From Candidatus Woesebacteria bacterium (GTDB lineage Bacteria; Patescibacteriota; Microgenomatia; UBA8517): 64,000 bases of DNA. The position numbers were made by a program, and so were the translations under genes. The DNA lies in NCBI GenBank assembly GCA_020060565.1, contig JAGVAE010000001.1, forward strand, positions 66,671 through 130,670, written 5' to 3'. This document shows, in pieces, positions 9,048 to 18,411 of the stretch (position 1 is the stretch's first letter; each line of letters opens with the position of its first letter). The notes under the pieces were generated by a model. It did no database searches, was not told where the DNA came from, and was given only the letters and a program-made list of their open reading frames with translations.

Positions 9048-9118
9048 GCCTGAGGTGAGGATTGAACTCACGACCCCCAACTTACCAAGTTGGTGCTCTA
9101 CCACTGAGCTACCCAGGC
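9047..9118 (-). tRNA. tRNA-Thr(GGT)
   Basis: GCCTGGGTAGCTCAGTGGTAGAGC, anticodon arm CCAAC-TTGGTAA-GTTGG, T-loop GTTCAATC. Confidence 0.95.
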
Positions 9119-9128
9119 AAACAAATTG

Positions 9129-9200
9129 AGCCGACGAGAGGATTTGGACCTCTGACCTTCACTTTACAAAAGTGTTGCTCTACCACTGAGCTACGCCGGC
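9129..9200 (-). tRNA. tRNA-Thr(TGT)
   Basis: GCCGGCGTAGCTCAGTGGTAGAGC, anticodon loop TTTGTAA; variant T-loop GGTCCAAATCC. Confidence 0.92.
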
Positions 9201-9273
9201 ACACGTTGAATTATATCAAATTGTATCCGATTTTAATATTGATTATTTGTCAAGACAGATATATCATAGATCT

Positions 9274-9966
9274 ATGGTGCTTGATAAATTGACGATTTCA
9301 AATCTATACAACAAAAAAGGCCTAAGTGCCAGTGAAATTGCGAAAAAATACAATATTTCTGTTTGGCGTGTTATTAGCTTTATGAGACGAAATAAGTTGA
9401 AAAGACGTAAACCTTCTGAGACATTAGAGCTTCAATTCGAAAGAAAAGCTTTAACATTCAATAAAAAGGAAAAACTAGATGAAAATGAACAAAAACTATT
9501 ACTTGGTGGTCTTTCGCTCTATTGGGCGGAAGGATCAAAGGTCAATACACACACCGTTGACTTTGCCAACAGTAATGAAAAAATGCTCTCGATTTTTATG
9601 AAAATGCTTAGGAATATTTATAGTGTAGATGAGAAAAAATTAAGGGTTTATCTCTATTGTTTTGCAAACCAAAATATTGTGGAATTAATAAGACATTGGT
9701 CTGCAAAATTGAAAATTCCCATATCTCAATTCTCAAAACCGTACGTAAGAAAGGATTTCAAAATTGAAAAGTCTGAAAAAATGCCTTTTGGGCTGGTTCA
9801 TATTAGATATAACGATATGAAGCTGCTCAGGAAAATCCTTTCAGATATTGATATAATTGCTTCTGACCTTTTAAATGCTGGGATGGCGGAGCGGTCAATC
9901 GCATTTGACTGTAAATCAAATGCCCGGAAGGGCTACGTAGGTTCGAATCCTGCTCCCAGCACATAA
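9274..9966 (+). CDS. HTH plus LAGLIDADG-like domain protein overlapping tRNA-Tyr
   Basis: N-terminal HTH (LSASEIAKKYNISVWRV); GLSLYWAEGS helix followed by FANSN; C-terminal codons run through tRNA-Tyr. Confidence 0.75.
   Translation: MVLDKLTISNLYNKKGLSASEIAKKYNISVWRVISFMRRNKLKRRKPSETLELQFERKALTFNKKEKLDENEQKLLLGGLSLYWAEGSKVNTHTVDFANSNEKMLSIFMKMLRNIYSVDEKKLRVYLYCFANQNIVELIRHWSAKLKIPISQFSKPYVRKDFKIEKSEKMPFGLVHIRYNDMKLLRKILSDIDIIASDLLNAGMAERSIAFDCKSNARKGYVGSNPAPST
9877..9961 (+). tRNA. tRNA-Tyr(GTA)
   Basis: Acceptor stem GCTGGGA/TCCCAGC, anticodon arm TTTGA-CTGTAAA-TCAAA, long variable arm GCCC-GGAA-GGGC, T-loop GGTTCGAATCC. Confidence 0.95.
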
Positions 9967-10008
9967 CGGGGAAATGTAATTACTTCTAAGCAAAAGATCT
10001 TCCAAAAA

Positions 10009-10159
10009 TGACCCCGTCATCAAGGGGATCGGTGCTCTTCCTGGAAATCTCCAGGTGGGTAAGCTGTCCTCTTTCGCTTAAAGCTACGGAGGAACTCCGC
10101 CTTCCCAATTTTAAAAATAGTCAGAAAGTTAAAACCGACCTTCCTTTTTAACAGGGTCA
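10009..10159 (-). ncRNA. Candidate 6S RNA-like rod-shaped ncRNA
   Basis: Nested pairings UGACCCUGUU/GACGGGGUCA, GGUCGGU/ACCGAUC, CUUUCUG/CAGGAAG and UGGG-AGGC/GCUU-CCCA around a central bubble; G-U pairs favour the minus strand; TGtTATAAT immediately upstream. Confidence 0.6.
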
Positions 10160-10203
10160 AATAATTATAACATGAAAGTCAATCGTGAAAAAAACTAGTT
10201 ATA

Positions 10204-10842
10204 TTAAAAACCTGGGACTAAAAGGTTCAAAATGAAGCTAACTACTGGATAAAAAACATATGAGATTAAGCTATTTCCACCAAATGGGAATATTAATATT
10301 AGAAGTGCAAACATTCCGTACCTAGTTAAAAACATATCAAATTCATGGGCTTCCTTTTTAGGAAGAATTCCTACTAAAATTTTACCTCCATCAAGTGGAT
10401 GAATTGGAATTAGGTTAAAAATTGCCAAAACCACATTAAGTAGGATTAAAGGGAAGGTGATGGTAAAAACAATTTCGTTGGGGAAGATTCTTAAAATTAT
10501 AGCGATAAGGGTTGCAAGAATAATGTTACTCATGGGTCCTGCCAGAGAAATTAGGGCAGCGTCTTTCTTTGGGTTTTGGAGATTGTATGGATCAATAGGA
10601 ACAGGTTTTGCCCAGCCAAAAGGAATTACAGGAATTCCAATTGAACGCATGATGACAAGAGCAAGAAGAAGAGTGGTTCCTACTGGGTCATAGTGTTTTA
10701 TTGGGTTTAGAGTAAGTCTTCCTAAAAGTCTTGCGGTAGGGTCTCCAAGTCTATTAGCCATCCAAGCATGGGAGGCCTCATGTACAGTAATAGCTACAGC
10801 AAAAGCAACAATCCAAACAATAATTCCAATTACAATTTCCAT
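10204..10842 (-). CDS. Site-2 protease (M50 family)
   Basis: HEASH zinc motif, GWAKPVP, AGP and FNLIPIHPLDGG. Confidence 0.93.
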   Translation of the reverse strand: MEIVIGIIVWIVAFAVAITVHEASHAWMANRLGDPTARLLGRLTLNPIKHYDPVGTTLLLALVIMRSIGIPVIPFGWAKPVPIDPYNLQNPKKDAALISLAGPMSNIILATLIAIILRIFPNEIVFTITFPLILLNVVLAIFNLIPIHPLDGGKILVGILPKKEAHEFDMFLTRYGMFALLILIFPFGGNSLISYVFYPVVSFILNLLVPGF

Positions 10843-10912
10843 TGCGGTATAGCCCAATTATATAGTATAATCACGATCTACAGCTAGCGAAAGCGTAGCT
10901 GATATTATATAT

Positions 10913-11167
10913 ATGGCATACATTTGCGACAATTGTGGAAAAGGATTAGTCTACGGGCGTCAAAGTAGTCACCATAGAGGTGTGGCTGGAAAACGCTGGA
11001 AGAAACGTGCTCAAGTTACACTTCGTACATTTAAACCCAATTTGCAAAAAATTGAGACTGTTATTGGTGGTAAGAAAACCCAAATGAGGCTTTGTACGGA
11101 TTGTATAAGTAGATTTAAAAAAGATGGGAAAATTGGGGGTAAGCTTCATCAAACTGCTTCTTTGTAA
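10913..11167 (+). CDS. rpmB: 50S ribosomal protein L28
   Basis: CDNCGKG...RTFKPNLQ...RLCTDC. Confidence 0.93.
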   Translation: MAYICDNCGKGLVYGRQSSHHRGVAGKRWKKRAQVTLRTFKPNLQKIETVIGGKKTQMRLCTDCISRFKKDGKIGGKLHQTASL

Positions 11168-11972
11168 CGGGTAGTTTTCCCTCGAGTTGAACTTCATCCA
11201 AAATTAGTTTATCTCCTTCAATATGGCTTTTTAGGAGCTTTAATCTTTTTTGGTTAGGTAAATATGTCCAGGCACCCGGCCAAGGATACATGGCTCTTAT
11301 AAACCTTTCGATTTCAGATGGACTTTTAAGTTTAAGATCTATAAACCCATCCTCTTTTGTAACCAGTTTTGTATATGTTGCTTCATCGTCATTTTGCTTT
11401 TTGGCTTTTATTTTGCCTTGGATATATGGTGTTAATGTTTCTACTAACACCTCTGCACTTTTAGCAAACAGCCTATTTCTTAAAACATCTGAAGTGTCGG
11501 AGGATAAAATATCTTCTTTAAATTGGGTGATGATTGGGCCATGATCCATCTTTTCATCCATTCTTATAATTGATACTCCGGTTTTGACGTCTCCATTTTT
11601 AATAGCAGCTGGGACAGGGGAAGCACCGCGATACAAGGGAAGAAGAGATGGGTGAATTACCAAAATTCCTTGAGGGAAAAGATTTATTATTTCCTTTTTT
11701 ATTATCTCTCCATATGAAGCGAGAATTCCAATTTCAAAATCCAGGTTTTCTTTAAGTAGATCATTTGCACTGTAAAAACAAGGAATCTTATGTTCGTGTG
11801 CCCACTTATCAATTGGTGAATATGAAAGAACCTGTTTTCTTCCTACTGGTTTGGGGGAAGAAGTGACAACGGCAATAATGGGGGATTTTCCAGGTCCCGT
11901 CACATACTCTCTATGTAAACGGGTTAAGATTGGTAAAACATAATCTGGTGTACCAAAAAATACTATTTTCAA
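11115..11972 (-). CDS. fmt: Methionyl-tRNA formyltransferase
   Basis: MKIVFFGTP, IHPSLLPLYRGASP, MDHGPI and RAMYPWPGAW motifs; TTG start next to def. Confidence 0.96.
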   Translation of the reverse strand: MKIVFFGTPDYVLPILTRLHREYVTGPGKSPIIAVVTSSPKPVGRKQVLSYSPIDKWAHEHKIPCFYSANDLLKENLDFEIGILASYGEIIKKEIINLFPQGILVIHPSLLPLYRGASPVPAAIKNGDVKTGVSIIRMDEKMDHGPIITQFKEDILSSDTSDVLRNRLFAKSAEVLVETLTPYIQGKIKAKKQNDDEATYTKLVTKEDGFIDLKLKSPSEIERFIRAMYPWPGAWTYLPNQKRLKLLKSHIEGDKLILDEVQLEGKLPVTKKQFDEAYPQFSHLF

Positions 11973-12502
11973 ATCAGCTCAACCTCCTCCCATTCATCTC
12001 CCTCAACTTTGTAAAGAGGTTTCTTTTCTTTTATAAGATGATCTATAAATAAGATCCCCTTTAAATGGTCAATTTCATGGAGAATTATCTGAGCACTGAA
12101 ATCCTCAAACTCTTCTGTGATTTTTTCTCCTGATTCATTTAGATATTCAACCTCTACTTTTTTTGCTCGTCTTAAAGGTCCGTAGTAGTAGGGTAAAGAA
12201 AGACAACCCTCGAGAATTTCACGCTTGGATTTTTTTTTGCAATCATCTAATCGCTTATCGCTTATCGCCAATATCTTTGGATTAATCACAACTCTATTGA
12301 AATCTTTGTAGTTACATATAAACACTTGAAGATTGCGTCCTATCTGGGGGGCAGCCAAACCAATCCCTTCTGGATCCTTTTGAGTTGCTAAAGTATCTTT
12401 CAGATCTTTAATTAAGTCTTTGACTTTTTTATCCACAGAAGCAACGGGTTTTGATTTTGCCCTTAGAATTGGGTCACCCGACTGTACAATTTTTTGGACC
12501 AT
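11969..12502 (-). CDS. def: Peptide deformylase
   Basis: GIGLAAPQIG, EGCLS and HEIDHL motifs. Confidence 0.98.
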   Translation of the reverse strand: MVQKIVQSGDPILRAKSKPVASVDKKVKDLIKDLKDTLATQKDPEGIGLAAPQIGRNLQVFICNYKDFNRVVINPKILAISDKRLDDCKKKSKREILEGCLSLPYYYGPLRRAKKVEVEYLNESGEKITEEFEDFSAQIILHEIDHLKGILFIDHLIKEKKPLYKVEGDEWEEVELI

Positions 12503-12528
12503 AGCCTGATTATACCAGGTTTTTGGGG

Positions 12529-14532
12529 CTATTTAATATTTTCCAAAGCCTGTCTGGCTATGGAGTTTGTGGGGTCTATCTTGGTTAGAATGTAGTTTAG
12601 TTGATCTTTAGCTTCGTTATTTTTATTCAAATGAACCAAAAGAGCTGCATATTGCAAACGGGCATCACCATAATCAGGTTTTAATTCAACAGCCCGTTTG
12701 AGATCCTCTGCGGCATTTTGGTAGTCACCTAAGTTGGCATTAGCTACCCCCAAGTTGTAATAGAGCTTGGCATCGGTTGGAGCTAGTTTTATGGCTTCGA
12801 TCAAAGAATTGCGAGCGGGGATTAAATACCTCTCATTAATTGTAGAAAGTTTCACATACGTTCCAAACTCAACTCTTCTAATATTTACATTGGAAGGTGA
12901 AAGTTCAACAGCCTTTTGGATACTGGCAATAGCTAGGTCTGTAAATTGGGAAGCTGAAGAAGCATCGCTTGCTTGGTTATAGGCCATGGCAACTGAAGTA
13001 TAGGAATTAGCAAGTTCTCCATAGTAAAGAGCTTGGGATGGAACAAGTTTTATAGCTTGAGTAAGTGTTGCAATCCCCAAGTCAGGGCGGGGAACAGCGT
13101 TATAGGTTTTTCCTTTGTTATACAAAATATCAGCATACCAATAATTTGAAATAGTAATTAGCAAGTAGCCAGTAGCGATTAAAATAGCAAGAATTAACAT
13201 TTTTTGAAAATTTGACGTTTTTTGCTTACTAATCGCTAATTGCTGATCGCTATTTACTAGTGTTGCCGCTATTGCAGGAAAGATGAAGAATTGAAGTTGA
13301 ATTGGAACTACTGAGAATCCAAAAAAGTTGGTGGCCAAAATTGATACAAATCCTGCAATTAGAGCAAATTTTAAATTTTCGAGTTTTGAAGATTCTAATT
13401 TGTAAATTTGAAAAATGGAAAAGCCAATTAGGGTAAGATATGCAATAAGTCCCATAGTTCCAGTATTGGCTGCAAAGTTTAAGAATTCATTGTGTGCCTT
13501 GTTATAAATAAAGTTCCATTCTGATGTCAGATTATGTTCTGTTGGTCTAAACTGATAGTAAGAGTAGGCAAAAGTTTCAACTCCAGTTCCAAATATTGGA
13601 TAGTGTAGCCAAACCTGGAGTGCCCCTTTCCAAACTATTTTTCTTATAGCACTTGACTCTGTTCCCCCTGTTTCAAGAGCAGTGCCCTGAGGAACTGTCG
13701 CCATTTGATTATTTGTAGATGTGCTTATTATGGAATTTAGACTGGGGGTCCATTGTGTTCCTATAATTAGGGCGAATATAAAATATAAGCCATTAAAAAT
13801 CAAAAACGGTTTTATGTTTTGCTTAAAGTTTTTTATCAATACAAATCCCCAGTAAATTCCTGAGGCTACTGCAAAACCCAATAACCCCGATCTTGATTTA
13901 GTAAAAAGAAGAACAACAAAAAAGAGTGTGGACTGAAGTAGGTAAATCCAAAAGTTTTTCTTCTTACTGTTTGTTTCGAATAGCGACCAAGTAATGGGAA
14001 TAAAAGCAATAATCCAAGCGGCTAACCAATTAGGCTGCCCCAGGGAAGAAAATACTCGGGATTGAACATCCTGTACCCAGATATCCTTATCAATTCCGAA
14101 ATGTTCCAAAACTCCATAAATGGATACTAAAACAGCTGAAGCTAACCAGATTTTAATCAGTTTTAAAGCTTTATCTTTGTCAAAATTACTTACAAAAGCC
14201 CAGTAGAGGAGAAGATAGCAGATAGTGGAGGTAATTCCTCCATTAAAACGTGAGTAATAACCAAAGACTGAAGTGTAGAAATCTATTGAAAGGAATGTAG
14301 AAATTAGCTGTGTTCCAAAAAATACTAAAAGGGGAATATCCAATAATGTGCGACGGAATATAAATTTCTTTTCAATAATGCATTTGACCGCCCAAACTCC
14401 AGCAATTAGAGTTGTGAGTATATAAACCAAGACCATTTTATTAAATTCAAAAACTTCTGAAGTAAAAGGCCATAATACAAGCGGAACAAAGAAGAACAAA
14501 ACTGCAAAAAGAATAAAAATTATTTTTTTCAT
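12529..14532 (-). CDS. O-antigen ligase-family membrane protein with C-terminal TPRs
   Basis: Multi-TM; GQPNWLA, TKSRSG, PIFGTG and AHNE motifs; TPR (LYYNLGVANANLG...A...LKP). Confidence 0.85.
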   Translation of the reverse strand: MKKIIFILFAVLFFFVPLVLWPFTSEVFEFNKMVLVYILTTLIAGVWAVKCIIEKKFIFRRTLLDIPLLVFFGTQLISTFLSIDFYTSVFGYYSRFNGGITSTICYLLLYWAFVSNFDKDKALKLIKIWLASAVLVSIYGVLEHFGIDKDIWVQDVQSRVFSSLGQPNWLAAWIIAFIPITWSLFETNSKKKNFWIYLLQSTLFFVVLLFTKSRSGLLGFAVASGIYWGFVLIKNFKQNIKPFLIFNGLYFIFALIIGTQWTPSLNSIISTSTNNQMATVPQGTALETGGTESSAIRKIVWKGALQVWLHYPIFGTGVETFAYSYYQFRPTEHNLTSEWNFIYNKAHNEFLNFAANTGTMGLIAYLTLIGFSIFQIYKLESSKLENLKFALIAGFVSILATNFFGFSVVPIQLQFFIFPAIAATLVNSDQQLAISKQKTSNFQKMLILAILIATGYLLITISNYWYADILYNKGKTYNAVPRPDLGIATLTQAIKLVPSQALYYGELANSYTSVAMAYNQASDASSASQFTDLAIASIQKAVELSPSNVNIRRVEFGTYVKLSTINERYLIPARNSLIEAIKLAPTDAKLYYNLGVANANLGDYQNAAEDLKRAVELKPDYGDARLQYAALLVHLNKNNEAKDQLNYILTKIDPTNSIARQALENIK

Positions 14533-14567
14533 TGCACAAAATTTAGTATACAGCTATACTGCGTTGC

Positions 14568-15635
14568 ATGAAAATAATCAATCCCATAGACAGATTTTTA
14601 GGAGTTTTCTCACACGATATTGGCATTGATTTAGGAACAGCAAATACTTTGGTTTGGGTGCGTGGTAAAGGAGTAGTGATTCGTGAACCATCCGCAGTTG
14701 CTCGTCACAAAAAATCAAAAGAAATATTAGCCATTGGAGTATCTGCCAAAAAAATGTATGGAAGGGCTCCTTCCACAATTGAAGCGATAAGACCCTTAAG
14801 AGATGGAGTTATTGCAGATTTTGATGCAACTGCGGCAATGCTTAAGCACTACATTAGAAAAGTCCATGAGGGAGGAACTATAATGCCAAAGATTCCTCGC
14901 CCCCGAGTGGTAATTGGGATTCCATCAGGAGTAACCGAGGTTGAACGCAGGGCCGTTGCTGACGCTTCAATGGATGCGGGAGCACGCGAAGTTTATTTGA
15001 TTGAAGAACCAATGGCTGCTGCAATTGGAGCCAAGTTGTCAGTAGAAGGGGCAGAGGGTAATTTTATAGTTGATATTGGAGGAGGAACAAGTGAGATTGC
15101 AGTAATTTCACTAGGGGGAATAGTCTTGGGGAGAAGTGTTAGAGTTGCTGGAGATGAAATGGATGAGGCAATAATCAATTATGTTCGTCTTAAATACTCG
15201 CTTCTTTTGGGTCAACCCACAGCAGAATCTGTAAAAATTGGAATAGCTTCGATAGTAACAGATACAGGAGAAGCCAAAGAAAAGTTTGCGGTTGTGAGAG
15301 GTCGAGACCTTGAAACCGGACTACCCAAATCAATAAAACTGGCAAATAGTGAAATAAGTGAAGCCTTGGCTCCAATTATTCAGGAAATTATTGGAAATAT
15401 TGTGGATACACTAGAAGAAACCCCCCCTGAGTTGACCAGTGATATTATGGAAAGAGGTATTATTCTTGCGGGAGGTGGATCTCTTCTTCCTGGAATTGAT
15501 AAAGCAATTAGTGAGGCTACTCACATGCCAGTTTGGGTGGCCGAGGATCCACTAACTTGTGTAGTCAGAGGATGTGGAATTTGTTTGGAAAATAGTGATC
15601 TTCTTAAAAAAATCAGAGTTACAAAAGGACTATAA
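14568..15635 (+). CDS. mreB: Rod shape-determining protein MreB
   Basis: GIDLGTANT, IEEPMAAAIGA, VDIGGGT and AEDPLTCVVRG motifs. Confidence 0.98.
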   Translation: MKIINPIDRFLGVFSHDIGIDLGTANTLVWVRGKGVVIREPSAVARHKKSKEILAIGVSAKKMYGRAPSTIEAIRPLRDGVIADFDATAAMLKHYIRKVHEGGTIMPKIPRPRVVIGIPSGVTEVERRAVADASMDAGAREVYLIEEPMAAAIGAKLSVEGAEGNFIVDIGGGTSEIAVISLGGIVLGRSVRVAGDEMDEAIINYVRLKYSLLLGQPTAESVKIGIASIVTDTGEAKEKFAVVRGRDLETGLPKSIKLANSEISEALAPIIQEIIGNIVDTLEETPPELTSDIMERGIILAGGGSLLPGIDKAISEATHMPVWVAEDPLTCVVRGCGICLENSDLLKKIRVTKGL

Positions 15636-15643
15636 AATAATTT

Positions 15644-15856
15644 CTACTCAATGGTAATCTTATGATCGCTTGAAAATAGTTGCATATGTCTTTGAGCCTG
15701 ATTTTTTGCCTCTTCTAATGATGCACCCCATCCTGATAGTTGTAGTGGTCCATCTTGATAATCACCATTTTCTTCATTTATATCGTCACAAGAGTGACAG
15801 TATGCAAAATAAAGGCGGGGTGGAGCTTCTTTACTTCTAAGTATTTCAATTGGCAT
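15644..15856 (-). CDS. Hypothetical protein (CxxC...H...H)
   Basis: 70-aa ATG ORF co-oriented with the NUDIX gene; possible zinc ligands. Confidence 0.6.
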   Translation of the reverse strand: MPIEILRSKEAPPRLYFAYCHSCDDINEENGDYQDGPLQLSGWGASLEEAKNQAQRHMQLFSSDHKITIE

Positions 15857-15859
15857 CTT

Positions 15860-16552
15860 TTAATATGTATCTACAATTCGAACACGATCGATATAGAATA
15901 GTTTTTTACTATTAACGGCTTCTACTATTTCATCAACTGTTGCAAAAACATTTTTTAACTTTCGGTATTGCTTTTCACTCATCCAAATATTTTCTCCTTC
16001 AGGAACTTTTTCTTTCATCTCTCCTTTTACATCGTCAACTCTAAATACCCAAAAATATTTATCTTCTAAAAGTCTGCCATCTTTATGAAAATGGTGATAG
16101 TGAACAATTCCTTTATGTGTAAAATCTCCAGTTAGACCAGTTTCCTCCAAGAATTCGCGTCTTGCACATTCGTTTGGTGTTTCACCCCATCTGACTTTGC
16201 CACTGTGGCTCCCATACCATCCGTAAAAAGGCTCCTTTAGTCTTTTGTGAACCAAATACTCAACTATTCCTTTATTTTTTCTTACTGCATGGATCGCAAT
16301 TGCAATCTTTCCTTGACGCTCTAATTTTAAAGAATCTGTATCCATGCGGTTCGCAAATTCTTTCCCTTCATCTGTCAAGAAATATTTGCCATTAGTTTTT
16401 GCAATTAAACCCTCTTTAATTAAATGGTTAACATGGAAAGTGAAATGGTCGTTTGTTACATCAAATTTTTTTAGATCACGAAATCTGGCACCTGGTTTGA
16501 AAAGCAACTCTCTAAGTATTGAAATCTGAAAATCGTGAACTTTAATTTCCAT
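15860..16552 (-). CDS. Winged-HTH plus NUDIX domain protein
   Basis: N-terminal wHTH (FTFHVNHLIKEGLI...YFLTDEG); Nudix box GKVRWGETPNECARREFLEETGL. Confidence 0.85.
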   Translation of the reverse strand: MEIKVHDFQISILRELLFKPGARFRDLKKFDVTNDHFTFHVNHLIKEGLIAKTNGKYFLTDEGKEFANRMDTDSLKLERQGKIAIAIHAVRKNKGIVEYLVHKRLKEPFYGWYGSHSGKVRWGETPNECARREFLEETGLTGDFTHKGIVHYHHFHKDGRLLEDKYFWVFRVDDVKGEMKEKVPEGENIWMSEKQYRKLKNVFATVDEIVEAVNSKKLFYIDRVRIVDTY

Positions 16553-16724
16553 CTTGTTGTGCCGAGTTTACTCTTTCCAAAAACAATTTTCTATCTTTTA
16601 CTGGTAGTTTAATTAATTCTTCTAATACAGATAATCTAACGTCAGATTCCCATTGATCAAGGTCTTCTTTTTCGTATACATCAGCAAGATGCCAACTTTC
16701 AATTAATTGATCTATTTCTTTCAT
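16542..16724 (-). CDS. Hypothetical protein (60 aa)
   Basis: ATG ORF overlapping the start of the NUDIX gene. Confidence 0.5.
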   Translation of the reverse strand: MKEIDQLIESWHLADVYEKEDLDQWESDVRLSVLEELIKLPVKDRKLFLERVNSAQQDGN

Positions 16725-16815
16725 GAGCCGATTATGTAGCAGAATTATTTGGAAATCTAGTAAAGCCCACTATACCAAAATTTGAGATTTGGAAGATTAC
16801 AGTTAGAATAGGTTT

Positions 16816-18411
16816 ATGAATTCTTTTTCAAATAATCAAGGTTCTTGGCTTTCATGGTTTTTAAGAGGAACCCTGATTCTTCTATTTTTAATTCTTTTTG
16901 TAAAACTATTTGAAGTACAGATAATTAAAGGAAACTACTATCGTGCACTTTCTGAAGAAAACAGAATTCGCCATATTCCAATTCCTGCTGCTCGAGGGCG
17001 CATCTTGGCCAAAAATGGAGAGGCACTAGCTGATAATGTTGCTATTAAAAAGAGAATTAAATTTGCACCCAATGGTGGAATTACCATTACAGAGGATTTA
17101 ACCGATGCTGACCCTTCCGAAATTATTACGGATTACAAAAGGGTATATCCACTTGGGGATAAATTTGCCCATGGAACAGGCTACTTATCAGTTGTATCTG
17201 AAGATAAAATAAAAAAAGTAAATCCTGATTGTCCCGAAAAAGGAACAAGAACAAGTGGGATGTTGGTTGGGGTAACTGGGCTGGAAGCTCAGTATGAATG
17301 TTCTCTTCTCGGTATTCCTGGAGAAGAACTTATTGAAGTAGACACACAAGGCAAAAAAACCAGAGTATTAGGAATTAAAAATCCAATAGCCGGAACAGAT
17401 TTGATGACCTCAATTGATTATGGTTTGCAGCAAGAATTGGCCAGTTATATGGACAAAAAAGGGGCAGCCATAGTTACAGATGCTAATGGTGCGATATTGG
17501 CCTTCTATTCCAGTCCAAGTTTTGACCCGAACAATCTAACATCCGATCTATTTAAAAATACAGATTTACCTCTTTTTAATAGAGTGATAAGTGGAACTTT
17601 TCATCCAGGAAGCGTTTTTAAACCTCTTGTTGCTTTGGCTGCTCTTGAGGAGGGGGTAATTGACAAAAATTTTAAATATGATGATCCTGGAGTGATTACC
17701 GTTAATACATTCTCATATAACAATTGGTATTTTACGGAATATGGCAGGCGTGAGGGTTTGATAGATCTAACCCGCGCCATGGCCAGATCTACCGATACCT
17801 TTTTTTACAAAATTGGAGAAATGGTGGGACCTATCAATATTGCCAAATGGGCAAATGTTTTTGATCTGGATAAAATTACAGGGATTGATATCCCTGGTGA
17901 GACAAAAGGTTTGATTCCAACACCTGAATGGAAAAGAAAAACTTTTAATGAAAGTTGGTTTTTAGGAGATACATACAACATATCAATTGGACAAGGAGAT
18001 GTTTCGGTTACACCAATTGAGTTAAATACTTTCATTTCTGCAATTGCCAACAATGGAAAAATTTGTGAACCACACTTTTTATTAAAAGATTCCTCAATAT
18101 GTAATGAAATAAAAGTTACCCAGAAAAATTTAGATTTAGTAAAGGAAGGAATGAAGGCTGCTTGTGATTCGGGTGGAACAGCATATACATTTTTTGATTT
18201 TGGAGAAAAAAACAAAGGTGCTACGGTTGCATGTAAAACTGGAACTGCTGAGGTGGGAGAAACAGGAGAACCTAACGCATGGTTTACATTTTTTTCACCG
18301 ATAGAAAACCCACAAGTGGTGGCAACTATTGTTTTTGAAAAAGGTGGACAGGGCTCTCAAATTGCGGGTCCTGTGGCTCGTAAAATTGCTGACTATGTAT
18401 ACTCAAGGTAA
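16816..18411 (+). CDS. mrdA: Class B penicillin-binding protein 2
   Basis: TM anchor, ARGRI, PGSVFK (SxxK), STD (SxD), KTGTAE; near mreB. Confidence 0.9.
   Translation: MNSFSNNQGSWLSWFLRGTLILLFLILFVKLFEVQIIKGNYYRALSEENRIRHIPIPAARGRILAKNGEALADNVAIKKRIKFAPNGGITITEDLTDADPSEIITDYKRVYPLGDKFAHGTGYLSVVSEDKIKKVNPDCPEKGTRTSGMLVGVTGLEAQYECSLLGIPGEELIEVDTQGKKTRVLGIKNPIAGTDLMTSIDYGLQQELASYMDKKGAAIVTDANGAILAFYSSPSFDPNNLTSDLFKNTDLPLFNRVISGTFHPGSVFKPLVALAALEEGVIDKNFKYDDPGVITVNTFSYNNWYFTEYGRREGLIDLTRAMARSTDTFFYKIGEMVGPINIAKWANVFDLDKITGIDIPGETKGLIPTPEWKRKTFNESWFLGDTYNISIGQGDVSVTPIELNTFISAIANNGKICEPHFLLKDSSICNEIKVTQKNLDLVKEGMKAACDSGGTAYTFFDFGEKNKGATVACKTGTAEVGETGEPNAWFTFFSPIENPQVVATIVFEKGGQGSQIAGPVARKIADYVYSR

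Noticed and set aside
9062-9292. 76-aa ORF, and similarly 60051-60242
   Set aside because: They are translations across tRNA genes with no protein features.
11115-11167. Convergent 3' overlaps (rpmB/fmt; also rnhB/rpsU at 5148-5179)
   Set aside because: Short tail-to-tail overlaps are ordinary in compact genomes.
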